Part shown: positions 53,394 through 64,000 of the stretch, piece after piece
Position numbering within the stretch: position 1 is the stretch's first letter
How the letters are laid out: each line of letters opens with the position of its first letter
NCBI RefSeq assembly: GCF_036321535.1
Contig: NC_087436.1
Span: 56,174,001 to 56,238,000, forward strand
From: Camelus dromedarius
Taxonomy: Eukaryota
Direction: 5' to 3'
DNA: 64,000 nucleotides
Notes under the pieces: model-generated
The model's database searches: none
The model's input: only the letters and a program-made list of their open reading frames with translations
What the model was told of the DNA's origin: nothing
Translations under genes and position numbers: made by a program

Positions 53394-55716
53394 ATCTGGA
53401 CCTACTGGACTTTTCCAGTTGTACCAAACTGAACACGTATCAAAATAAATTTGCCGCTTTTCTCCCCACTTTCTTACCTAATTTGATATTATTTCATTTA
53501 ATGATGGTATCCACTTAACAACTGCAGTAGCTAAGAATATGGTATTATCCTTTCCTCTTGGCACTCTCCAGATACGTACGTCTCCCCAAACTTCTGATCT
53601 ATTTATTACTAGAATCTGCTCTGTCCTCTTGCTATCCACTGTCACTAGCTGAGTTCAGAACCTCATCATCCCTCCTGGTCTGTTCAGATGGGTCCCTAAG
53701 TACCTTCTGCTTCTTCACCACCTCCTCCATCACACTGAGGGTAAAACGACATCTGATCTCCCTCCCTGCTTAGAAGCCTTTGAGACTTTGCCATTCGTTA
53801 GCATAACAGGAGTCTTTTCATTAATAGATCTCAGCTTATCTTTCTAGTCTTGATTCTGAATCTTACACATCTTCATCCTAAGTGCCTAATAAAGTGTTTA
53901 CCATAAGGAGATAATTAATAAATGTTAAAGGAATTTGTTTTGACCATTTGAAGACATACATGCCTCACACCTTCTAATTTTCAATCCTTATTTTGTGATG
54001 TGCTGGTCCGTTTAACTGAGAATGAATCAATGTGTTACTTGATTTGAGAATTAATTCCTGTCTTTAGGTCTTCACCCTACCCCACATCAGATGGGAGTTT
54101 TTCAGAATCACTTTCACAAACAAAATATACCTTGTCAAGAACATTTTATCCCATAAAAGTTATTCATTACTATTATTTTTATTAAAGTGGTGTTTGGTGT
54201 ATTGCTGAAGTTTTTATCTTAATGCAGATTAAAAAGAAGGAGAAACTACCATATGAGAAAAGAAAGAGTAGAAAAAAATTTAATGTCTCTTTTGGAAGGA
54301 CACAGATCAACCAAAAGAGATGCGAAGGGATATGTGGATAGCAAAATAGCTATCAAATCAAGGGTCAGCAGATTCTAATGTGGCATCTATTATTTTGCTG
54401 TGAGGCTTTGAGTAATTTGAAAAACATGTTTTTCATATATAAAATAAGGACATGGTTTAGACAAATTTCAAGTTCTAACAACTGTGGATTTTAAGTGTTC
54501 ATTCCTACAATATATTTAATTTCTTGATAATCACATTAGAAATGCCCTTCTGACAGAAATTCTGTCAGCATTGGGATAGTCTCTTGTCTTACCTTAGATC
54601 CATGCATACCCAATAATCTTTTCACAACCCTTAAGCTCTTGAAGGTTTTCTTCCAAGAAATTCAACCAAATGGCAAATATATGACTGTATTTTTTCACAC
54701 TGCGTTTTTCCAGGTGTACTTTCTAATAGCTCCTTAAAAGATATTGCAAATATACTTCCAGAGTCTTTGGATTTCCACCCAGTAGTCTGGTAGGCTGAAA
54801 TGGTGCTTTAGATTCTCAGGTCTTTACTGGGGACATGGGATGACAGGACAGCGGTGCTTACTTTTTTAAGTTAAGTCAACTGGGCAAATTTCCAATAACT
54901 TTTTGTTGGAAGGAGCTGAACAGAACATGTACGAAATAAATTTTTTGCTTTGCTCTTTTAAAAAAAATGCTGCTTCAAAGCTCTTTAGCTGATGTTTACT
55001 TTTTAGCTTTGGTGTTTAAAATGACTAATTGGTTTCTAACATTCTTGTGTCCATCAACAGCAGTTTTGAAAATTGTACTGCATATTGCTATAGCAACTAA
55101 AGAAATGCATAATTAGAGTCTTGGTATATTTGAACAGAAATGACTATTTAATCTACTAATTGAAGAATGGTCATATAGTTACATATTGATATATTGAGAG
55201 TAACCAGTAGTTACTCTTTTCCCTGCCTTGTGTTTGAGACACCTCAAGAAGCTATATTCATTCTTTCAGGACTCCCAACATTCTATTTTCCACTCTGAAA
55301 CTGAACCTTGCTTTTGAGTTATTGATCAAAAGATCTTGGAGTTATTACAACTTCCACAGTATCTATTGTGAAGAAAAAAAATTACAATACATAAGCGACT
55401 CTGTATGAATGAGGATCATAACAATGGGATTCATTTGATTAAAAATGTGATCATTATAGTTGGTTATTAAGAAATACTAAGGAAACACAATAAATGAATT
55501 TCACTAATTGTTAAAACAAGGATCTACAAAGCATTCCAGTGAAGATTAAAGTAGGAACAGTTAATAGCCTCTGAATTTCATAATTTCCACTACACAGAAT
55601 AAAATCACTCAGATTATGGTTCAGTACTAATATGTGATTAAAAAATACAAAGAAACACAAAATATTAAACTGTGAAATTTTTATTGTACTTTCCGTAAAT
55701 AATTAATGTTAATTAG

Positions 55717-55893
<177 letters not shown>

Positions 55894-56215
55894 TAGTTAT
55901 TCTAATAGAGGCCTAATCCATGGCTAATGGTGCAGTGAATTAGGGGATGGCATGATGAATGGTTGGTAATGGAGTCCTAACTGCTTGCTACTGGCAAAAT
56001 AGATTGATTGGAAACTGATTAATGACTTGGAGTCAATTAGAATGCCCCACTGGACAAAGCCACAGGCGGCTTGGTTTAATTTTGTCATTCTCTTTCAAGA
56101 AATCAGAAACACAGCTTTATTTTATCTGGCACTAATCATAGAGAAAAATGGTATGACTTAATAATGTGCTATCAATTTTATTATTGTTCTTGATACAATG
56201 CAAACAATCTACGAA

Positions 56216-56219
<4 letters not shown>

Positions 56220-56247
<28 letters not shown>
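56220..56247. repeat. (GT)14 microsatellite
   Basis: Read directly. Confidence 0.93.
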
Positions 56248-57659
56248 ATCCATGAACCCGTGCACTCCACATATGGATTTCTTGCTCTGTGATGTAAGCA
56301 TGGACATACCTGAGAGGCACATCCACACACCATGAACAAAAACATGTTTGAGAAATGTCAATTCATTTCACCCTGTAAGCTTTCCATCAGCTCCTCATTT
56401 TTAGTTTCTGTTTTTGCTGAAACAAAGCCTATTGATCACTAGCGAAGTATTATAAATCAGATTTATACCATGACTTTTTATTAGCACCAAACAATACAAT
56501 GCCTTTAAAAATGCCTGTCCATGGGGATAGGTCTGAGTGACCACAAGGGAGTCCCATGTTCTCCTTGAGACACCATCCCCTTAGAGCATACTGCTGAGGA
56601 AAATCATCAAATACCGTGTCCTTCATTTCATTTTAAATAATCCCAAACTCTGAAAAATGTTACCCTTTTGTAAGTATTAGGAGACGTTCTAATATGCATC
56701 ACACACTGTTGCCCTAGAAGATCCAGTATCCTACGAAAGCAGAAAAACTTCAGTTTGACAAGTGACATAGCTGCCAATTTGCTGGTGGTCATTTTAACCT
56801 CTAAGCTACATTGAGTTCTTTGGAATTTTTATTCTTTATTGCATATATGGAAAGAGGCTTTTTTTTTTATTTAAATTTGGGCCTCTATATGGATCAGCTG
56901 ATTTTTTTCTTGTAAAATTAAGCCCTAAATTTTTCCTGTCTATGAAAGTGCAAAATAGTATTACTGGGACTTACAACATTGTCCAAAAAAATGATAACAG
57001 TTAATCAACACATCTACTATTAGATTTACATAGTTTTTCAGTCTTTTGAAAGTTCAGGCAGCAGTGAGAGTCAACACAGTTAGCTGGTTCCATGATAACA
57101 AGATTAAACATTGGGTTGCTCTTTCCAAATTAATAATAATAATAATATGTTAATTAGAAGTGTAGGTAGGGACCTTACAAAATAACTCAACTTTTCCATC
57201 ACAGCCATTCATATCTCCAATGTGTCAACACAAAGACTCAAAGTGGCACTCTTAATGAAATTTCCTTTTTTACTTTGAAAGAAAAGAACTATTTTTTGCC
57301 TTGTACCTGGCATCAAATGGCATTTTATAGCATCATATCAGAGACCTTGCATGATTATAGCTATTTTATCCAACCACACTGAAACCTTACCTTCCAACAC
57401 TGATGCACAATATGATTTATTGTGATTAAAAAGGAGGCAACCCTTCTCTATTCAATATTTCATTTTACTTATTACAATAAGTGCATCTGTCCCCTTGTCT
57501 TTCTAAAATTCTAATGCAAACCTTCTCCATTAAACTACCTTAAACACCAGAACATGTCCTGAGTAACATGGGTATCCATAGCCTCATTTTTGACTCTACA
57601 TGGTGCTTCTTAAAGATAGCTGATCCCTGCAGAGACTTGCAGTGAGGAGATTCCAGTAA

Positions 57660-57700
57660 TTTCTTTTTCTTCTTCTTCTTCTTTTTTTTTTTTTTTTTTT
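57660..57700. repeat. (CTT)n / poly(T) tract
   Basis: TTCTTTTTCTTCTTCTTCTTC followed by T19. Confidence 0.88.
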
Positions 57701-58614
57701 GGTCTCCTCAGTAAAGTGGTTCACTTTGTCAAGGAGTAAAGATTTACGCCTGCAAATTAATTGGCTGTGAATTTTATTTGTATCATCACTGAGGAAGAGA
57801 CCAATTAACACTTGACAAGCTCAAAAATCATATACCCATTTGACATTCAAAGACCTATATTTTATGCGAATTTTTTTCTTTTTCTTTTTTGAAGTCAGAG
57901 AGAGATCAAACACACATATTCGAGAGCAGACTAATAAACTCCTGTGTAGGTTATTTTCAACACTCTTAGAATCACCACGATCAGAAATCTAATGAATACC
58001 TTAACGTGACACATTACAACTGTCATTTGCTCAAGAGGGGCAGATAAATTTAAAAAGAAGGGGATGAAATGTAATGTGGTGAGTTAGAGGACTGTAAGAT
58101 TATTTAAATTTAATGACATGCATTCATTATTTAATTTTCATTTAATGGCTTGAGGCATCTAAAAGCATAAAGATAGCATAAAATGTAATATTGATCTTAA
58201 AGGGAAACCAGCAGGTAAAACTCTAGTGTTTTACCATAAATAAAATCAATCCTTAGGATATCAGGCCTGCTTGCAAGGATTTATGCTTCTTTTGTATTCA
58301 AGGCCAATGATTCTGAAAAACTCTGATACGAAATGCTTAACGAATACGTGGTTGATTGATTCACTTTATCTTTCTTTTATATGTCTAGCATCATTGAAGA
58401 AATAGTCAAGTATATTCTTTACAGAACACCGGGAGGCATTAATTTTCTTCCTTCCTATACACATCAGTATGTTTCCAAAGAGCTCTACTAACCCTAAATT
58501 ACAGTGGCATCACCTTCAGTGAAATAATGGCGTAGGCTTTTCTGAGGTGATAACACTTAATATTCTCCCCTATTTTGGCTTTAATTTACACTGCAGAATA
58601 TTAAACTAATTTCC

Positions 58615-58830
58615 TTACAGAACTCTAGGTTTAAACCCAAGTGTCACCATTTTTAACTCCTTGACTTTGGGCAAGGTATTTCAATTCTCTGTACCTAAGT
58701 TTCATCAATTAAATTACAAAATGGAGACAATAATAGTGTCTCTCCAACATGTAGCTGAAGGTTAAATGAGATGATATATACAGATCACTTAGAACATGTA
58801 GACGGACTCAAGAAACATTATTAGTGCTAT
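58615..58830 (+). mobile_element. MIR SINE
   Basis: CTAGGTTTAAACCCAAG...TGACTTTGGGCAAGG...TCTCTGTACCTAAGTTTC...AAAATGGAGACAATAATAG...GGTTAAATGAGATGAT. Confidence 0.75.
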
Positions 58831-61534
58831 TATTACATTATCACCTGTTGATTCACAGAAGCCTGAATTCAACCTTGTGACTTCAGAGTAGTCGCTGAGC
58901 ACATTGCACCTCTGTTGGGTGCTGTGGGCTTTACAGAGATGAAGCTTCTGTCCTCCGAAGCATCACCAAGATGCCCTCCTGTTTTCCAGGCAGTCACTTT
59001 GGTTGGAGTCCGTAAATGCTACAAGAAGATAACCTTTGAGCTTCAAAACAAGGAAACACCTTATTTACATAACACATTTACTTTACCAATGACTTGTCAA
59101 TGTGAATATCTGCAGCAAGTCCTGGTGGGCTGCTGTCCTCACTCTGATTTTTAAAGTTGTCTATTTAGTTATCATGGTCCCGAGATATTTTCTTCGAAAG
59201 AGGAAATTTGGGCTGGGGCTACTGTTGGTAGTTCTCCTTTTCAAGCCAAAGGAGAGAGGGTGACAAAGTCTCAGAGGAGGAAGAGGCCACCTCAGGATGC
59301 CTTATACTCCGTCTCTCCAGGTGGTGACAGTTTTGACTAAGAGCTCCTTAACTCATTGGTTAAGAAAACCTGTATTGTGGGCGCCTCAGGGATGAAGCGT
59401 GAGGGTTTCAGAGCTCTAGTCTCGGCTGTTCCTTCCTCTGGCCTCCTTGTCAGGCCCTTTCTTTATCTCTCTATTCTTTATTTAAAGTATTTATCACCCA
59501 CACAGCTTCCTTAGCTCAGGGGCAGAGTCTGAAGGCCTTCTGCTGTATGAGATATAAGCCCTTTAGCTGCTGAATCACAGGGTGGTCCAGGGACCCTGGG
59601 GAGCCAGTGTGTGGTGGGGAAGGGCACTCAGTTATTAAGCAGCAGATACAGAACTCTTTCAGGATTTGACACCTAGTATGGAAGAACCAGTATGACTGGC
59701 TGAATGCCAGCCCCTAGGTGCCCTGATTTTTTATAGCTCTGACTATTATCTGTGTTGAAATGTATCCGTTAAAAACTCCTTTGCCAGCCCGACTAGACTG
59801 TGATGAAATAAGGAGCAAAAGGGGGTTTTTGCTCATATTTATCTCTAACACGAGTAGACTGTAGGTTTCGTAGTATATTCTCTAAGAATATTTAACTAAA
59901 TGGAATAAAGAGTCCCTGATGGATGTGACACAGAGACTGCACCTCAGGAAATGGAACATCCCCGAAAATGGATGTTCGTCACCTGTGAAGATGCACACTG
60001 AGAGAATTCAGGGTGGGTGGAGTGAGGGAATCTAGAATTCAGCAGGGTTCTAACCCGCCAGATCAGAACAAAAGACCATTGGGAGTTACTTTAGCTCAAG
60101 GATGAAAGGGCAGGTTAATAATAATTACATTAAAATTAAAAGTAGGCTAGGTGAAAGAAAGAAAAACAAATCCCAGAAATACTTTAAAATGGTACTGCTC
60201 AGTATTTTTAATAACTCTTTTGCTAGGATCAAGCCAAAAATATAATGCTTTTCTTCCATTTCTGGAGAGACATTTGCCTCCCTTTTAGCAGAAGCCTCCC
60301 CATCTCCCTAAAGAGGCCAGAAAATTAATATGCTGTGAACGGGTGCTGGGTTGCTCCAGTGGCATAATAGCAGCACTCTAGGAAATGAATCCCTCTTTGC
60401 TCGTTTTAGTTTATGCCTGGAAAATGTTGCTGTCATATGATGAGCCAGAAATATACTCAGGGATGCATTATTTCATCGGATTATCTCTTCTGGAGAGTAC
60501 TGGGATCAAAACATCTATGGATACAAGATTTGTTGGCAGGGCAGAAGGAGCAAAACTGAATTTTTCACTCAAACAAACCTGTGATTTGTTTCACCTTAAA
60601 CAAGGGGATAATTGCTCCTCTAATTATAATTGAACTATTTCTCATAGGAGTTTAATTGGAGGAACAGGGCACACTGTTCAACTTATTGACCCAGTTGTGC
60701 TTAAAAACCATCGTCTTATTTATCAACATTTGCATCTCTAATTAGCAAGTGGGAAAATACGGGGTGAAGTGCAAAAGAATAGATTCTTTTGTTGAATTTA
60801 GTCTTGCTAAACAGGAAAGAGATTTTTTTAAGCTGATACTGCCTGGGGAAAAGCTGCTGGCAGCTGGAGGCTTTGCCAAATGTACAGCATCAGGTGGCTC
60901 TCCATCTAATTGATTACTAATATGGCCACTGAACACTTTGTTTCATGAGAGGCGTGACTGTTTCGCTGCCATCCCCTCATAATTGGAACTTCGTGTTGAT
61001 GCATTTCCAGGCAGGTGCATTGTCTCCCAAGCTGTGCTTTATATTCTTTGCAGGCAAAAGAGGTTTAGAGAGAAAAGAAGAGTTTGAATACTAATTTGGA
61101 GGGAGACATCGGTATCAGGGCCCAGTGATATCTGTTGAAATTTTCTCCTCACATGTGTGCAGCAACAAGAAGGGGTTTTGCTTATGAGATAATTACCAGC
61201 CTTTGCAAACAGGTTGGCACATGTGTTAGGTTCCCTGACTAGTAGTCAGCTTGCAAGCTTTGCATTGGTCCAATCAACATTTGCCAACATTGCCTCTTTA
61301 TTATGGTCACTCCATGTTTTTATGCCAATATATGCCTCTAATAGAGATCACCACAAGTATAGTTAACCATGTGAACCGAATTAAAAATTATAATAAAATT
61401 AAACAATATCAATTTTTAAAACACAGGAAGAAATAATAAAACTTTTCTGACTTATGATAGATTTGCGGCTTGACTTCTGCACATACCTAGTGGTTCCTTT
61501 GAGCCTATACCACAAAATGCAGTTTTATTTTTTA

Positions 61535-62270
61535 ATTATGAATTCATTTATTCAAGAAATATTTATTGTCCACTCACTGTGTGCTGGCTACTCTTCTAGC
61601 TGCAGGTAATACATATCAGTCAAAGTCCCTAAAGGGGTAACAAAACAAAACGAAACACTAAACAAGAATATAAATAAAAGAGCAAGGTATTGTCAGATAA
61701 TTGCAAGTTAAAGGAAATAAGACAAGGTCATATCTGGAGGCTGATGGTTGTGGAGGATCAAGAGTCACTTTAAAGTACAAGGAAAATCAATCTGAAGAGA
61801 TAACATTTGAGCTGGGATCTGAATGACAGGAAAAAGCCAGACCTGAAAAGATCTGGGTCAGGAAGCTCTAGGCAGGGGAGCAGATTACCCTCAGAAGGAG
61901 TTGATGTGGTTACGGATTAAAAAGGAGGCCAGTGTCTTTGAGACACAGTGAGCCATGGGGAGGGCAGGAAGCCCTTCAGTCAGAGGGGGTAGGATGAGCC
62001 TAGGGACTAACATGTGTTAGTGATAAGGGATTTGGAACTGTTTCTGAATATATGCAAAGTCATGGGAGATTTTAAGTAGGAATTGTCATGACCTGATTAT
62101 ATTTATTTCAAAGACTATTCTTGCTGCTATAGGGAATATAGACTTTAGAAGTGTAAGAATGGGACACCGTTTAGGAGATCTTGCCTTTCCTCAAGTAGTA
62201 GATGGTTGTTTGTGGGTCTTATAGTAGGAGTAGAAGAGACAGAGAAAGGTAGAGAAATAAAGAATATATT
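61535..62270 (-). mobile_element. L2 fragment (3' about 0.7 kb)
   Basis: ATTCATTTATTCAAGAAATATTTATTG...TGTGCTGGC; ACATTTGAGCTGGGATCTGAATGAC. Confidence 0.8.
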
Positions 62271-63196
62271 TTAATTCCTGTGGGAGTAGAAAATTTGGAA
62301 TATGGTTTTTAAACTTGATTTTACTAAATGAATAAAATCTAGAAAATATTTGATCATTCAGAAGAAAGTGAAATCTTCCATGCTAAAGGTCAACAGACGC
62401 ACTAGAGTGAATTTTTCTTAGAGGACCTAAAATCAGTGGTCGGTCGACTTAAGCTGTATTCAAATACAATCTCTTAGTGGTGCTTCAGCAACAGGCAGCG
62501 ACCTAGCCTGTGTCCACAATCAAGGGCAGGAGAGTTTTTACTTCCGTCTTTTACTTCTTAGATAAGTTACTTTGCTTTGGAATTTCTTTCAATGATTCTC
62601 CATATGCCTATAGGCCAATCACTGTAAACTTATTGTGGATGAAAAATGGCAGTCTTAGAGAGCAAAAAGAGCAGAAAGTCAGTATTTTCAAAAGGTGGTC
62701 AGATAGCAAGAATCCAGCACTCTTAGTTGGTAAATAAGAGGAAATGCTGAGAGTTACTTAACTTGAAAGGCAAGTTTATAGTAAAGACTGGCTAGGAACT
62801 TTAGGAACTATCTCTGGACAAAACAATGTACAGTCCCTTTGCCTAAAATTTAGCATTTTAAGGATATTTCAGTGCCATTTTGCTCCCTTGGAAGATATTA
62901 TTAGATACAGTCATTCTACTTTGGACTTTTTTCATGATTGTCACCATTAGTTCATTTATTAACATGCTTTTATCTCCTTATAGTTGAACTTAAGGCTTTA
63001 GAAATGTCAGTTTTCAGGTTTCAAGACAAGTTCACCTCTACAATGTGGTCTGCATACATTCAGCTCTCAAAAGTAATGAGACAGACATGTGTGGAATTAA
63101 GGAACTGTTTTCCCAGCAGGAAAACAAAATCCCCTTTCTTAGCAAATTCCTTCCCTTTGCGGAAGTTACAGCTGAGCAAAATGTCACTCCAGTTTC

Positions 63197-63765
63197 TATT
63201 ACCAAACCAGATCCATTTGCAGGACTTGAAACTAGCCAAACACTGAGATGCTGGGGTTTACAGCTGAGAAGAGTTTATTAACACGGCAGCCAGGTGAAAA
63301 GACTGGAGAGCCAGTCTTAGATCCGCCTCCCCGCGCGTTGGAGACTGGGATATGCAGGGTGGGCTTAGCCTGGGGAAAGGTCGTGGGAGGTGGGAAAAGG
63401 GGCGGTGATTTGTGTTCCGCGCAGGCGCAAAGTGTTTGTATATCAAAATGGAGGCAGCCAGAGTCCTCCCAAGTCTGCAGGCCGCTCATCGCCTAAAACT
63501 TAGAAGGGTCCCAGCCGGCTTTAGCCACCTGCTCTGGGCAGGAGCTGACTCCAACTTCCCGTGAAACAACTGGACTGCATGGAAACTGGATAGGTAAGAA
63601 ATTAAAGAAAAGAAAAAAGAAGGAAAAATACTAAAACGGACTTCATCAATGAAGGCAGTCTACAAGCAAAGGGGTTTTGACAAGGTATTCCCTATCTGTT
63701 CTGTAAGACAAGCTCGGGAATTTCTGTTAGTTATCAGCTTCTGTTAACTGTGGGGCACGGTTTCA
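63197..63765 (-). mobile_element. ERV1-class solo LTR related to the one at 10915, antisense to UNC5C, CpG-rich
   Basis: Bounded by TATTACC...CACGGTTTCA; minus-strand AATAAA near 63274-63279; flanks TTTC / TTTA as a possible 4-bp TSD; shares motifs with the 10915 LTR. Confidence 0.75.
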
Positions 63766-64000
63766 TTTACACTTTGTTTGTTGTTTTTTAATCCTTTGGC
63801 TATTTTTCTTACAATTTCCTAAAGATAAACTTGCTTGAAGACTAACTCTTCTTACAGCATAAAATACTGGTCACAAACCTACTGAAAGGTACAAAGTATA
63901 TTGGTCAGTGGTCAGCACAGAACTGAATGAGTATCTTATTGCTAATCTGAGAAGCAAATAGCTGCATAAACAAAGTAGCCTTTGATTCTTGACTAGAGAG

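Larger units (their letters stand above)
52420..53930 (+). mobile_element. Degenerate L2 fragment hosting the MER20 and retrocopy
   Basis: Pyrimidine-rich L2-like sequence on both sides of the MER20, ending in an L2-like 3' terminus (GTGCCTAATAAAGTG...TAATAAATGTT). Boundaries approximate. Confidence 0.6.

Noticed and set aside
54550..54568. Palindrome CTGACAGAA-A-TTCTGTCAG
   Set aside because: A 9-bp arm palindrome is not unexpected by chance in 64 kb, and nothing in the context supports it.
63300..63600. Native CpG-island promoter of a separate gene
   Set aside because: It lies wholly within an ERV1-type LTR related to the one at 10915, so it is reported as an LTR-derived candidate instead.

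Overview
AT-rich mammalian genomic DNA, probably from a camelid because it carries a Vic-1-type tRNA-derived SINE. The whole window lies inside the netrin-receptor gene UNC5C on the + strand. It contains three internal coding exons (exon 2 at 11619-11840, exon 3 at 39072-39215, exon 4 at 55751-55854) that splice in frame and encode Ig domain 1 and the start of Ig domain 2. The rest is intron, filled with L1, L2, MIR, MaLR/ERVL/ERV1 LTRs, hAT MITEs and microsatellites. The most notable observations are: a 5'-truncated RBM17 (SPF45) retrocopy inside a MER20 inside an L2, in the same orientation as UNC5C; a GC splice donor after exon 4; a CpG-retaining antisense ERV1-type solo LTR with Sp1/NRF1/YY1-like motifs in intron 4; a fold-back pair of MLT2 LTR 5' ends; and an L1 that looks like an extreme twin-priming inversion. 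I see no prokaryote-type systems, and I cannot support a wholly new biological system from this sequence. Repeat family names come from recalled consensus sequences, and boundaries of old elements are approximate.
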